From assembly GCA_964549685.1 (NCBI GenBank), contig CAZJVE010000012.1:1-39145 (forward strand): 39,145 bases of DNA, given 5' to 3'. This document shows positions 27,727 through 36,400 of the stretch, one piece after another (the first letter of the stretch is position 1; each line of letters opens with the position of its first letter). This stretch comes from an uncultured archaeon (GTDB lineage Archaea; Altiarchaeota; Altiarchaeia; IMC4; QMZM01). Made by a program: the position numbers and the translations under genes. The notes below the pieces were generated by a model, which was not told the DNA's origin, did no database searches, and was given only the letters and a program-made list of their open reading frames with translations.

Positions 27727-27903
27727 ATGACAGATGAAGATGTAAAGTGCCCCGAGTGCGATGGGGCGCTTAGCTTTGGGGATGACGTTGAGACGGGTGA
27801 GATAATTCAATGTCCCGAGTGCGGGGTGGAACTTGAGGTCACAAGTGTTGACCCAATCAAGACCGAGGTCGCGCCAGAGGAGGAGGAAGACTGGGGACAA
27901 TGA
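27727..27903 (+). CDS. lysW: Amino-group carrier protein LysW (C-terminus EDWGQ)
   Basis: [58 protein letters not shown]; two CPEC motifs; SD GAGGTG; ATGA overlap with lysX; not in the ORF track. Confidence 0.95.
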   Translation: MTDEDVKCPECDGALSFGDDVETGEIIQCPECGVELEVTSVDPIKTEVAPEEEEDWGQ

Positions 27904-28739
27904 AGATAGGCCTGCTCCATTCGCGCATCCGGACCGATGAGAAGATGCTGCTGAAGGCTGCAAAGGAGAGGCAGCTTACCGTAGAGAAGATAGACGACCG
28001 GGAATTTCTGTTCGACCTCTCGGAAGGGGACTTCGATTACGACGTGGTCATGGAGAGGTGTATCAATCATTCAAGAGCATTATATGCTCTAAGATACTTC
28101 AATACTATGGGCATCAAAACGGTGAACGAGGCTGGCGTCGCACAAACCTGCGGCGACAAGATTCTTACCTCTGCCGCGCTTGCCAAGAAGAAGGTGCCTA
28201 CTCCGAGGACCATGATTGCCTTCACCCCTGAGAGCGCTCTGAAGGCCCTCGATGAGATGGGGTATCCTGCGGTGCTCAAGCCCGCCGTCGGCTCATGGGC
28301 CAGACTCATAGCAAAGGTCAACGACCCGGAGGCAGCAGAGTCGATACTGGAGCACAAGTCAATCCTCGGCTCATACCACCATTCGATATACTACATACAG
28401 GACTACGTCGACAAGCCCGGGAGGGACATAAGGGCGTTTGTCGTTGGAGATGAGACAATCGCGGCAATATACCGGAAGAGCGACCACTGGATAACCAATA
28501 CTGCCAGGGGCGGGGTCGCGGAGAACTGTCCGGTTACCAAGGAGCTGAACGAGATATGCATGAAGGCAGCAGAGGCGGTTGGAGGGGGAGTGCTGGGCGT
28601 CGATGTCCTCGAGTCGAAGGACGGCATGCAGATATGCGAGGTCAACTATACCGTGGAATTCAAGAACAGCGTCAAGCCAACAGGGGTTGACATCCCCGGG
28701 AAGATTATGGACTATGTGGTGGAGGTCGCAAAGAGATGA
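27900..28739 (+). CDS. lysX: Alpha-aminoadipate--LysW ligase (ATP-grasp)
   Basis: [27 protein letters not shown] and [11 protein letters not shown]. Confidence 0.95.
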   Translation: MKIGLLHSRIRTDEKMLLKAAKERQLTVEKIDDREFLFDLSEGDFDYDVVMERCINHSRALYALRYFNTMGIKTVNEAGVAQTCGDKILTSAALAKKKVPTPRTMIAFTPESALKALDEMGYPAVLKPAVGSWARLIAKVNDPEAAESILEHKSILGSYHHSIYYIQDYVDKPGRDIRAFVVGDETIAAIYRKSDHWITNTARGGVAENCPVTKELNEICMKAAEAVGGGVLGVDVLESKDGMQICEVNYTVEFKNSVKPTGVDIPGKIMDYVVEVAKR

Positions 28740-29785
28740 TGAAGGCGGCCATTGTCGGCGGCTCCGGCTATACCGGGGGGGAGCTCCTGAGAATTCTGTT
28801 CAACCACCCGAAGGTCGAGATAGAGGCGGTAACCTCGGAGAGGTTCTCCGGGAAATTCCTGCACTCGGTGCACCCGAACCTGAGGGGGGCCACTGACTTG
28901 AAGTTCGTTGGAAGGGGCGAGCTGGGAAAGGGCTACGATGTCCTCTTTACTGCAGTGCCACACGGCTCGGCCATGAAGCACATGCTGGACTATATCAAGC
29001 TTGCCGACAGGGTTATAGACCTGTCGGCTGATTTCAGGCTCAGGAATCCCGATGACTATGTGAAATGGTACGGGCACGAGCACAGCTGCCCCGAGCTTCT
29101 TGACAAATTCGTCTATGGAATTGCAGAGCTCCGTAGGGATGAGATGAAGAAGTCCAGCCACGTCTCCGGGGCGGGCTGTCTTGCAACGACTGCTATTCTG
29201 GGACTCTATCCCCTTGTCAAAAACGGACTCATAGACCCGGAAAACATCATAATAGACGCGAAGATAGGCTCATCGGCAGGAGGGAATTCGCCGAGCCTTG
29301 ACTCGCATCATCCAGAGCGTTCCGGCGCGGTCAGGAGCTACAAGCCGACAGGTCACCGCCATACCGCCGAGATGATTCAGGAGCTGACAGTCAACGGGAC
29401 TCAGCCGAGAATCTCGTTCACCCCCCAGGCAATCGAGATGGTCCGCGGCATACTGGCAACATGCCACGTCTTTCTGAAAGACGACGCTGTCGAAGAGAAG
29501 GAAATCTGGAGGGTCTATAGAAAAGAGTACGGCGATGAGCCGTTCATCCGGATAGTGAAGGAGAGGCAGGGCGTCTACAGGTATCCGGAACCCAAGATTC
29601 TGACGGGCTCCAATTTCTGTGATATCGGCTTTGAGAAGGAGAAGGGCACCAGCCGGCTGGTTGTGATGAGCGCCCTCGACAACCTCATGAAGGGGGCTGC
29701 GGGGGCTGCAGTCCAGAACATGAACATCATCTGCAACCTTCAGGAGAAGGACGGCTTGACTGGCCTAGGATTCCATCCGATATAA
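28736..29785 (+). CDS. lysY: LysW-gamma-aminoadipyl-phosphate reductase (ArgC homologue)
   Basis: [40 protein letters not shown] and DNLMKGAAG. Confidence 0.93.
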   Translation: MMKAAIVGGSGYTGGELLRILFNHPKVEIEAVTSERFSGKFLHSVHPNLRGATDLKFVGRGELGKGYDVLFTAVPHGSAMKHMLDYIKLADRVIDLSADFRLRNPDDYVKWYGHEHSCPELLDKFVYGIAELRRDEMKKSSHVSGAGCLATTAILGLYPLVKNGLIDPENIIIDAKIGSSAGGNSPSLDSHHPERSGAVRSYKPTGHRHTAEMIQELTVNGTQPRISFTPQAIEMVRGILATCHVFLKDDAVEEKEIWRVYRKEYGDEPFIRIVKERQGVYRYPEPKILTGSNFCDIGFEKEKGTSRLVVMSALDNLMKGAAGAAVQNMNIICNLQEKDGLTGLGFHPI

Positions 29786-29787
29786 AA

Positions 29788-30582
29788 ATGTTCGTTGTTA
29801 AGGTAGGCGGGGCAGAGGGCATAGACCTGGATTCTTTCTCCAGGGACCTGAAGAACTATGTGGGAAAATGCGTCGTAGTCCACGGCGGTTCCGGAGAAAC
29901 GAACAGAATTTCGGAGCTGCTCGACCATCCACCGAAGATGGTTACCTCCCCGTCTGGCTATACAAGCAGGTTCACCGACAGGGAAACGCTCGAGATTTTC
30001 ACCATGGTCTATGCAGGAAAGGTAAACAAGCTTCTTGTAGAAAAGCTGCAGGCAGAGGGCATAAATGCCGTGGGCCTGTCAGGCATAGACGGCAGAATCT
30101 TCGAGGGAACGCGCAAATCCTCAGTAAGGATAGTCGAGAACGGAAAGAAGAAGGTCCTGCATGGAGATTATACAGGCAGGGTCGAGAAGGTCAATTCCTC
30201 TTTGATTTCATTGCTCATGGAAAACGGCTATATCCCCGTCCTCACCCCTCCCGCCATAAGCTATGATGGAGAGGCGATGAACGTGGACGGGGACCGCGCG
30301 GCTGCAATGCTTGCCTCCGCACTGGGAGCAGAGAAGCTGCTGCTGCTGTCCAATGTTCCGGGCCTCTTGAAGAACCCGGAGGATGAAGGCAGCCTCATAG
30401 ACACGATACCAAAGGCTAAGATTGAATCCTTCACCGAGTATGCGAAGGGCAGAATGAAGAAGAAGATACTCGGAACCAAGGAGGCCCTGGACAACGGAGT
30501 AAAGGAAGTTGTCATAGGCGACGCCCGCAGCGAAACCCCGATAACCGATGCCCTGAACGGAAAGGGCACATGCATAAAATGA
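29788..30582 (+). CDS. lysZ: LysW-aminoadipate kinase
   Basis: VVKVGGAEG, VHGGS, SPSGYTSRFTD, NVDGDRAAA and GRMKKK. Confidence 0.93.
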   Translation: MFVVKVGGAEGIDLDSFSRDLKNYVGKCVVVHGGSGETNRISELLDHPPKMVTSPSGYTSRFTDRETLEIFTMVYAGKVNKLLVEKLQAEGINAVGLSGIDGRIFEGTRKSSVRIVENGKKKVLHGDYTGRVEKVNSSLISLLMENGYIPVLTPPAISYDGEAMNVDGDRAAAMLASALGAEKLLLLSNVPGLLKNPEDEGSLIDTIPKAKIESFTEYAKGRMKKKILGTKEALDNGVKEVVIGDARSETPITDALNGKGTCIK

Positions 30583-31736
30583 ACGCAATCGAACTGGAGG
30601 AGAAGCACGGAAGCGGTCTTTTCAACATGCGAGGCATCAACATAGTCAGGGGCAAGGGCGCAAAGCTCTGGGATGACTCCGGCAAAGAATATATCGACTG
30701 CCTTGGCTCTCATGGAGCCATGAACGTCGGGCACTGCAATCCCTATGTCGTCGAGGCGATAGAGAAGCAGGCCAGGGAGCTGATAATGTCTTCTCCCCTG
30801 CTCAACAACGAACTGAGGGCAATGCTCTACGAAAAACTCGCAACCATCACTCCCAAGGGCCTGGAAAGGACCTTTCTCTGCAACAGCGGGACGGAGGCCG
30901 TGGAGGCAGCAATCAAATTCGCAAGGGGCTCAACCGGAAAGAAGGAGATTATAGCATTCAAGAACGGCTTTTCCGGCAGAACAATGGGTGCGCTTTCCGC
31001 GACATGGAATCTGAAATATAGGAAGCCATTCGAACCGCTCGTTCCTGGCTTCAGGCACGTTGCCTATGGGAAGATTGATGAACTGAGGAAGGAGATTGGC
31101 TCTGACACAGCAGCCGTCTTAATAGAGCCCATCCAGGGAGAGGGCGGGGTCCGAATCCCGCCGGACGGCTATCTCAAAGAGGTCGAAGAGCTCTGCAGGA
31201 AAAAGGACGTCCTCCTTATCATGGACGAGATTCAGACCGGCTTTGCAAGAACAGGCAAGATGTTCGCCTGCATGTACGACAGGGTCGAGCCGGACATCAT
31301 GTGCCTTGCAAAGTCCATTGCAGGGGGCGTTCCGATGGGCGCAGCCGTCTTTTCAGATGCTGTTGCCTCAAGGCTAAAGAAGGGCTGGCACGGCGGAACC
31401 TTTGGCGGGAATCCTCTGGCCTGCGCTGCTTCACTCGCTGCCATAAGATATATTGAAGACCACAAGCTCGAGAAGGCAGCAGCGAAGAAGGGGGAATACA
31501 TGCTGAAGGGGCTGAAGGATATCGATGCAGGGAATATCCGCGAGGCACGGGGCCGCGGGTTAATGCTTGCCCTGGAATTCAAGGAAAAGGCAGGCAGGTA
31601 TATCACAGCTCTAATGGAGGAGGGAGTATTCACCCTTCCGACAGGCTCCGCAGCGATAAGGTTTCTGCCCCCATTAGTAATCTCAGACTCCGAGATGGAC
31701 TTCGTCCTGGAGAAGGTAAGGAAGGTACTGACATGA
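30579..31736 (+). CDS. lysJ: LysW-aminoadipate semialdehyde transaminase (class III aminotransferase)
   Basis: NSGTEAVE, EPIQGEGG, DEIQTG, AKSIAGG and HGGTFGGNP; ATGA-coupled to lysZ. Confidence 0.92.
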   Translation: MNAIELEEKHGSGLFNMRGINIVRGKGAKLWDDSGKEYIDCLGSHGAMNVGHCNPYVVEAIEKQARELIMSSPLLNNELRAMLYEKLATITPKGLERTFLCNSGTEAVEAAIKFARGSTGKKEIIAFKNGFSGRTMGALSATWNLKYRKPFEPLVPGFRHVAYGKIDELRKEIGSDTAAVLIEPIQGEGGVRIPPDGYLKEVEELCRKKDVLLIMDEIQTGFARTGKMFACMYDRVEPDIMCLAKSIAGGVPMGAAVFSDAVASRLKKGWHGGTFGGNPLACAASLAAIRYIEDHKLEKAAAKKGEYMLKGLKDIDAGNIREARGRGLMLALEFKEKAGRYITALMEEGVFTLPTGSAAIRFLPPLVISDSEMDFVLEKVRKVLT

Positions 31737-32767
31737 TGGATGCGACCGATTTTTTGGAACATATCATTTCCTGCTACAGCCCTTCGGGAAGAGAGGACAC
31801 GGTATCTGGCACGATTGTCGACCTGATGTCGGACATCGGCTTCGATGCCAGGGTTGATGAGGCAGGCAATGCCATTGGAGAATGCGGCAATGGCGAGAAG
31901 ACCCTTCTCATGGCAGGGCACATAGACACCGTTGCCGGGGAAATTCGCGTGAGGAGAGAGGGCGATTTGCTTTATGGAAGGGGCAGCGTGGATGCCAAGG
32001 GCCCGTTCGCAGCCTTTGTCATGGCTGCTGCAAGGCACCTCCATTCCGAGAATCTCAAAATCATCGTTGCAGGCTGCGTCGAGGAGGAGTCTGCAACGTC
32101 CAAGGGAGCCAGGCACCTGGTCAAGACAGTAAAACCAGACTACATAATCGTCGGGGAGCCGAGCGGCTGGAGTAACATTACCATTGGCTACAAGGGCCGC
32201 CTTCTTGTGGACTACAAGCTGAAGAAGCCGAAGGAGCATACTGCTGCCGAGGGTTCATCGGCCCCGGAAGATGGCTTTTCATTCTGGCAGGCAGTGAACG
32301 AATTTGCGACCGGCTTCAAGTCAGAAAGTGTCTTCAATTCATTGCAGCCGAGCCTGCGCAGGATAAACACAAGCGATGATGGCTTGACAGAGAGCCTCAA
32401 CATGAGGATTGGTTTCAGGATTCCGCCGGGCTTTGATACGGACGGGCTGGAAAAGCACCTTGAGAAGATAGGTGGTGGTGCAGAACTCACCTTCTTTGGG
32501 AGGGAAGACGCCTATGTTGCCGAAAAGAATAATGCCCTTATCCGGGCCTTCCTCTCGGCCATCAGGGAGAATGGAGGCAGTCCAAAGTTCAAGAAGAAGT
32601 CGGGGACGGCGGATATGAACGTCCTTGGGGCCGCCTTCGACGTCCCTATCTGCACCTACGGCCCCGGAGATTCGTCGCTTGACCATACCCCGGACGAGCA
32701 CATCTCCATAGCGGAGTATGAAAAAGCGATAAACGTTCTGGAGAAGGTCATCGGAGGGCTTAAATAA
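31733..32767 (+). CDS. lysK: LysW-lysine hydrolase (M20 family)
   Basis: GHIDTV, GRGSVDAKGP, EEES, GEPS, GTADMN and YGPGDSSLDHTPDE. Confidence 0.93.
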   Translation: MMDATDFLEHIISCYSPSGREDTVSGTIVDLMSDIGFDARVDEAGNAIGECGNGEKTLLMAGHIDTVAGEIRVRREGDLLYGRGSVDAKGPFAAFVMAAARHLHSENLKIIVAGCVEEESATSKGARHLVKTVKPDYIIVGEPSGWSNITIGYKGRLLVDYKLKKPKEHTAAEGSSAPEDGFSFWQAVNEFATGFKSESVFNSLQPSLRRINTSDDGLTESLNMRIGFRIPPGFDTDGLEKHLEKIGGGAELTFFGREDAYVAEKNNALIRAFLSAIRENGGSPKFKKKSGTADMNVLGAAFDVPICTYGPGDSSLDHTPDEHISIAEYEKAINVLEKVIGGLK

Positions 32768-32793
32768 TAGGAATACAAATATTGGAGTATACA

Positions 32794-33537
32794 ATGCAAA
32801 TCGTCCACCTCTCAGACTTACATTGCAGTAAGCGCTGGTTCAGTGAGGGGAATCTTGCCCTGGCCATAGAGGAGATAAACGAGCTGAAGCCGGACATGGT
32901 TGTCGTAACAGGAGACCTCACGGAAAATGGGTTTCTCAGGGAATACGAGATTGCCAAGAAATATCTGGACAGGATAAAGTGCAAGAGGACCATCATAGGC
33001 ACGGGGAACCACGACTACCGCTCCACGGGATACCTGCTGTCCCAGAGGTACTTCAAAAGGCCCGAGACCATAAAGCACAAGAACGCCATTGTAACATACC
33101 TGAGCACCGCGAGGCCGGACAAGGATGGGGGCGAAGTAGGCTACAGGCAGCTTCAATGGCTGAAGAGAACCCTGAGCGAAAACAAGGAGAAGTTCAAGGT
33201 CGTTGCCCTTCATCATCACATGATTCCCATCCCCGACACGGGGTTGGAGAGGACCACCATAAACGATGCAGGAGATGTGATAAGGGCACTGACGCAGAGC
33301 AACGTGAACCTGATTCTCTGCGGGCACAGGCACAGGCCCTGGTGCCTTCATCTTGACAGCACCACCATACTGAACGCAGGGACAGTCTCATCTGAAAAGT
33401 TCCGCGGGTTCTTCGCAAACTCCTACAACATCATCAAGGTGAAAAAGAAGAAGATAGACGCGAAGATAAAGGTCGTTGGTGGAGATGCCCTGGACTTCAA
33501 GAAGATTCTGAAGGAGAACGAGCCGTTTATACCCTGA
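32794..33537 (+). CDS. Calcineurin-like metallophosphoesterase (CpdA-like)
   Basis: SDLH, TGDLT, GNHD, HHH and GHRH motifs. Confidence 0.9.
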   Translation: MQIVHLSDLHCSKRWFSEGNLALAIEEINELKPDMVVVTGDLTENGFLREYEIAKKYLDRIKCKRTIIGTGNHDYRSTGYLLSQRYFKRPETIKHKNAIVTYLSTARPDKDGGEVGYRQLQWLKRTLSENKEKFKVVALHHHMIPIPDTGLERTTINDAGDVIRALTQSNVNLILCGHRHRPWCLHLDSTTILNAGTVSSEKFRGFFANSYNIIKVKKKKIDAKIKVVGGDALDFKKILKENEPFIP

Positions 33538-33539
33538 GA

Positions 33540-33566
33540 ATTTCGGAGCATACTTTTGCTCGAAAT
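33540..33566. terminator. Short hairpin after the metallophosphoesterase gene
   Basis: ATTTCG(G)AGCA-tacttt-TGCTCGAAAT, a 10-bp stem with one bulged base. Confidence 0.35.
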
Positions 33567-33579
33567 CTATTATTAAGCT

Positions 33580-34077
33580 ATGGATGTCCTGATACGCCAG
33601 GAGGGTGCCGATGACTATGACGAGATAGACAAGGTCATCGAATCCGCATTTAACCAGAAGAATGAAGCAGAGCTCGTTCGGAAATTGCGCGAAACAGAAA
33701 GATTTAATCAGGTTCTATCTCTTGTCGCAACCATGGGCGATAGAGTCATCGGGCAGATACTTTTTTATCCGGTGAATAGAAAGACACTTATACTTGCCCC
33801 AATGTGCGTAAAGCCGGAAATGCAAAGAAAGGGCGTCGGCGGAAAGCTTATCAAAGAGGGACTGAAGAGGGCATTAGAGCAAGGTTACGACTCGGTGATA
33901 GTGGTTGGGCATCCGGAGTACTATCCGCGGTTTGGCTTCAAGCCAGCAAGCGGATGGAAAATCAGACTGGCGTTTGACGTCCCTGACGAAGCATTTATGG
34001 CAATCGAGTTGATAGATGATTCTCTTGATAGAAAGGGGGGATTAGTGGAACTACCCCGGCCATATATGGAGTGCTGA
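33580..34077 (+). CDS. GNAT N-acetyltransferase (YhbS-like)
   Basis: EAELVRKLR, LAPMCVKPEMQRKGVG and VVGHPEYYPRFGF. Confidence 0.92.
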   Translation: MDVLIRQEGADDYDEIDKVIESAFNQKNEAELVRKLRETERFNQVLSLVATMGDRVIGQILFYPVNRKTLILAPMCVKPEMQRKGVGGKLIKEGLKRALEQGYDSVIVVGHPEYYPRFGFKPASGWKIRLAFDVPDEAFMAIELIDDSLDRKGGLVELPRPYMEC

Positions 34078-34099
34078 TTCTGGCTGGGGAATTCGATGT

Positions 34100-34564
34100 C
34101 TACTTAAGGCTCCGGGCAAACTCTTGTGCATCCTTGAGGTCTTCAGCATTGGGCCTGCCCTTGTTTATTCCCCCGATGTATTTGAGAACGGAGTTGGTGT
34201 CAAGGCCCACACAATTAAATTCACCAGCAATTACGTAGCCTTTTGCCTGCAGTTTTTCCCTAAGGGCGTCATGAAATTTACGCGCAGTACTTCTGAATAT
34301 GCGCGAATCAACGGCAACCCCGCTGGTCGAGAAGATGAACGCCTTTCCTTTTGTTGTTTGCGGCAGCCTGTCGGCAAGCTCAAGCAGGGCCCGGTGGTGC
34401 TTGGCATCATAAATCCCAGAGCCAAAACCTATCAGGTCGTATTCCCCGATATCGCTTAATTCCTTCGGCTCTATCAAATCCGCATCCAGAACTTCAGCCA
34501 TCCTCCTGGCAATCTTCTCTGTGTTGCCGTGGTGTATGGACTTGTTTATTATCAACGTTTTCAT
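34100..34564 (-). CDS. Flavodoxin family protein
   Basis: SIHHGNTEKIA, GFGSGIY, FSTSG and NKGRPNAEDL; true ATG 34564 lies 2 nt after a tRNA-3'-end repeat. Confidence 0.92.
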   Translation of the reverse strand: MKTLIINKSIHHGNTEKIARRMAEVLDADLIEPKELSDIGEYDLIGFGSGIYDAKHHRALLELADRLPQTTKGKAFIFSTSGVAVDSRIFRSTARKFHDALREKLQAKGYVIAGEFNCVGLDTNSVLKYIGGINKGRPNAEDLKDAQEFARSLK

Positions 34565-34566
34565 TT

Positions 34567-34578
34567 TGCCGAAGACGG
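34567..34578 (-). repeat. Direct repeat of tRNA-Met 3' end, copy 3 (CCGTCTTCGGCA)
   Basis: tgccgaagacgg is identical to 37374-37385 and 36317-36328. Confidence 0.9.
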
Positions 34579-34583
34579 TTAGA

Positions 34584-35213
34584 TTATTTCCTCCGAAATA
34601 GTGTGTATATGTACGGCCGGGTGTCTCCTGAGGGCATGTGGTACAGGTAATCGAAGGAGTCAACCAGTTCAAAGTCTTCCCCCAGTTTTTCCGCCAGCAT
34701 TTTGGTGTCGTATCTCTTGACGTCCAGACCGCTGCATTTTTCCGCCCCTTCCAGAGAGAAAACGGCGATAATCACGTGACTGCCTTTCCAGACTACCTTT
34801 TTCAGCGTCGAGAAATAGGCCTGCTGCTGCTCTTCCTCTACCAGGAAGTGCAGCACGGCCCTGTCATGCCAGAGGGCGATGTCCTTTAGAGCATGGATGT
34901 GTTCCGACTGGCCGATATCGTCCACAATCCATCTGACCGAGGAGGCCCTTTCTTCCCCCAACCGCTCCTTTAGCTTGTCCAGGGCTGCTTCACTTATGTC
35001 GGTGGCGATGATATTACTGAACCCCCCGTCGATGAGGGAGTCTATGAACGTCGATGCCCCGGAGCCCACGTCCAAGATGGGCTCGGCCTTGCCGACATTG
35101 CTCTTGGATACCAGGCCCAGGGAAGGCGTCGATTCTTCCTCGTACCAGCCCAGCTTATCCACTTCCCTTGAATGATAGACGCTGTTCCAGTGTTCTTTCA
35201 TTGAGTCATTCAT
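34584..35213 (-). CDS. Class I SAM-dependent methyltransferase (TPMT/TehB-like)
   Basis: HWNSVY, ILDVGSGAS, DISEAAL, WHDRAVLHFL and CSGL. Confidence 0.9.
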   Translation of the reverse strand: MNDSMKEHWNSVYHSREVDKLGWYEEESTPSLGLVSKSNVGKAEPILDVGSGASTFIDSLIDGGFSNIIATDISEAALDKLKERLGEERASSVRWIVDDIGQSEHIHALKDIALWHDRAVLHFLVEEEQQQAYFSTLKKVVWKGSHVIIAVFSLEGAEKCSGLDVKRYDTKMLAEKLGEDFELVDSFDYLYHMPSGDTRPYIYTLFRRK

Positions 35214-35493
35214 TTTTGATTTCCTTTTTCATCTCCCCGAATTGTTTTTTTGTTATCTCGCCCTTGGCATATCTCATCCTGATTATGGTCAGCGCGTCTG
35301 AGGTCTCCCCCCTACTGGAAGAGACAAGGGTGACTACAAGCCAGATAATCGCGCCCCAGAAAAGCAGCATGAATATAAATCCGAATCCCATGCCGAATCC
35401 CATCATGCCGTAGCCTCCCATGCCCGTTCCTCCAAAGATAAACAAAAGGATTACCGCCGCGATGAGAACCCAGAGTGCCGTGTCTTTGTCCAT
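35206..35493 (-). CDS. SHOCT-domain membrane protein
   Basis: Gly/Met-rich GMGGYGMMGFGMGFG, two TM helices, RMRYAKGEITKKQF. Confidence 0.9.
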   Translation of the reverse strand: MDKDTALWVLIAAVILLFIFGGTGMGGYGMMGFGMGFGFIFMLLFWGAIIWLVVTLVSSSRGETSDALTIIRMRYAKGEITKKQFGEMKKEIKNE

Positions 35494-35499
35494 TGTTGG

Positions 35500-35841
35500 T
35501 TACCTCCTCTTCTTGATTCTCTCTGCGAATTTCTGGCCGCTTGTCAGTTGCTCCAGCAGGACCTCCCGCATGATGTCGCAGGCCTGGACAACCTTCGGGT
35601 TTGCTATTCGATAGTATACGCTGAGTCCGTCTCTTCTTGTCAGCACTATCTTCTTGTTCCGCATCAATGCCAGGTGCTGGGAGAGATTGGCCTTGCGTAT
35701 CTTCATCCTTGATGTCAGTTCATCTACCGACATCTCGCTGTCCCGCAGCAGGTTTATTATTTCCAGCCGCTTGGGGTTGGACATGGTCTTGCAGACCTCC
35801 GCGTGCAGCTCGTATATTTTTTTATCCATTTTCTCCCTCAT
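35500..35841 (-). CDS. ArsR/SmtB family transcriptional regulator (two Cys)
   Basis: HAEVCKTMSNPKRLEII, ANLSQHL, YYRIANPKVVQACD; ATGA overlap with the upstream gene. Confidence 0.93.
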   Translation of the reverse strand: MREKMDKKIYELHAEVCKTMSNPKRLEIINLLRDSEMSVDELTSRMKIRKANLSQHLALMRNKKIVLTRRDGLSVYYRIANPKVVQACDIMREVLLEQLTSGQKFAERIKKRR

Positions 35842-36248
35842 AGGGTCTTCCAGACCTTCGCCAGCGACTCCCCTCCAACGTGTATCTTGAATTCAAGGAA
35901 GTAACCGAACGGTGTTGAATCCACCTCGAATCCCTTTTCGGTGAGTTTCGACTTGAGTGACTCAATCATCTCCTGGGCGAATTCAATGCCTGACTTGCTC
36001 TCGGACAGGTGCGCAAAGGAATGGAGCATTATTTTTTCCCGCCCGACCTTCCTTGCGAGCCAGGATATGTTGCTGGTGGCCTTTTTCAGAACCTTCTCCC
36101 TGCGGCTTTCGTCCTCGGCCTCGGACTGCAGGAATACGACAACGGAATCGTTTGTCGTTTGCTCTGTGTTCACGGTCTCAGCGCCTTCCACCGTCTTGCT
36201 GAAGGTCTTGTACCAGAATTCCGGGGAGTCGAACATCAATAGTTTCAT
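35838..36248 (-). CDS. Free-standing threonyl-tRNA synthetase editing-domain protein
   Basis: MKLLMF, EAEDE, LHSFAHLS, TPFGYF and GESLAK match the archaeal-type ThrRS N-terminal editing domain. Confidence 0.85.
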   Translation of the reverse strand: MKLLMFDSPEFWYKTFSKTVEGAETVNTEQTTNDSVVVFLQSEAEDESRREKVLKKATSNISWLARKVGREKIMLHSFAHLSESKSGIEFAQEMIESLKSKLTEKGFEVDSTPFGYFLEFKIHVGGESLAKVWKTL

Positions 36249-36296
36249 AGTTTCTAAATATCGAATATATGATATTATGAATCAATCTTTAAATAC
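36247..36296 (-). promoter_or_regulatory. Promoter and probable ArsR operator
   Basis: TATTTAAAG TATA-like box on the - strand at about 36287-36295, followed by AATATC-N8-GATATT and overlapping imperfect AT-rich inverted repeats abutting the ATG. Confidence 0.5.
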
Positions 36297-36316
36297 CGAG
36301 CAGAAACCAGATAAAA

Positions 36317-36328
36317 TGCCGAAGACGG
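36317..36328 (-). repeat. Direct repeat of tRNA-Met 3' end, copy 2
   Basis: - strand GGGTTCCGTCTTCGGCA versus tRNA GGGTTCAAGTCCCGTCTTCGGCA, i.e. the same sequence lacking 6 nt of the T-loop/stem. Confidence 0.9.
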
Positions 36329-36365
36329 AACCCAATCAAATGTTCGCATAACCAATACGGTAACT

Positions 36366-36400
36366 TGATGTATGGATTTATTTATTATCAGCGTTTTCAC
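36366..36400 (-). pseudogene. 5' remnant of a flavodoxin gene
   Basis: 30/35 nt identical to 34530-34564; encodes (V/M)[10 protein letters not shown]; GTGA overlap with the oxidoreductase stop. Confidence 0.8.

Noticed and set aside
31232-32239. 335-aa antisense ORF and other long antisense ORFs
   Set aside because: They lie wholly opposite well-supported genes and have no motifs; this is the expected result of codon bias.
34577-34590. Classical integron attC (ATCTAAC fits RYYYAAC after the methyltransferase stop)
   Set aside because: There is no matching GTTRRRY-ended palindrome at a suitable distance and no intI; the tRNA-end repeat explains the junction better.
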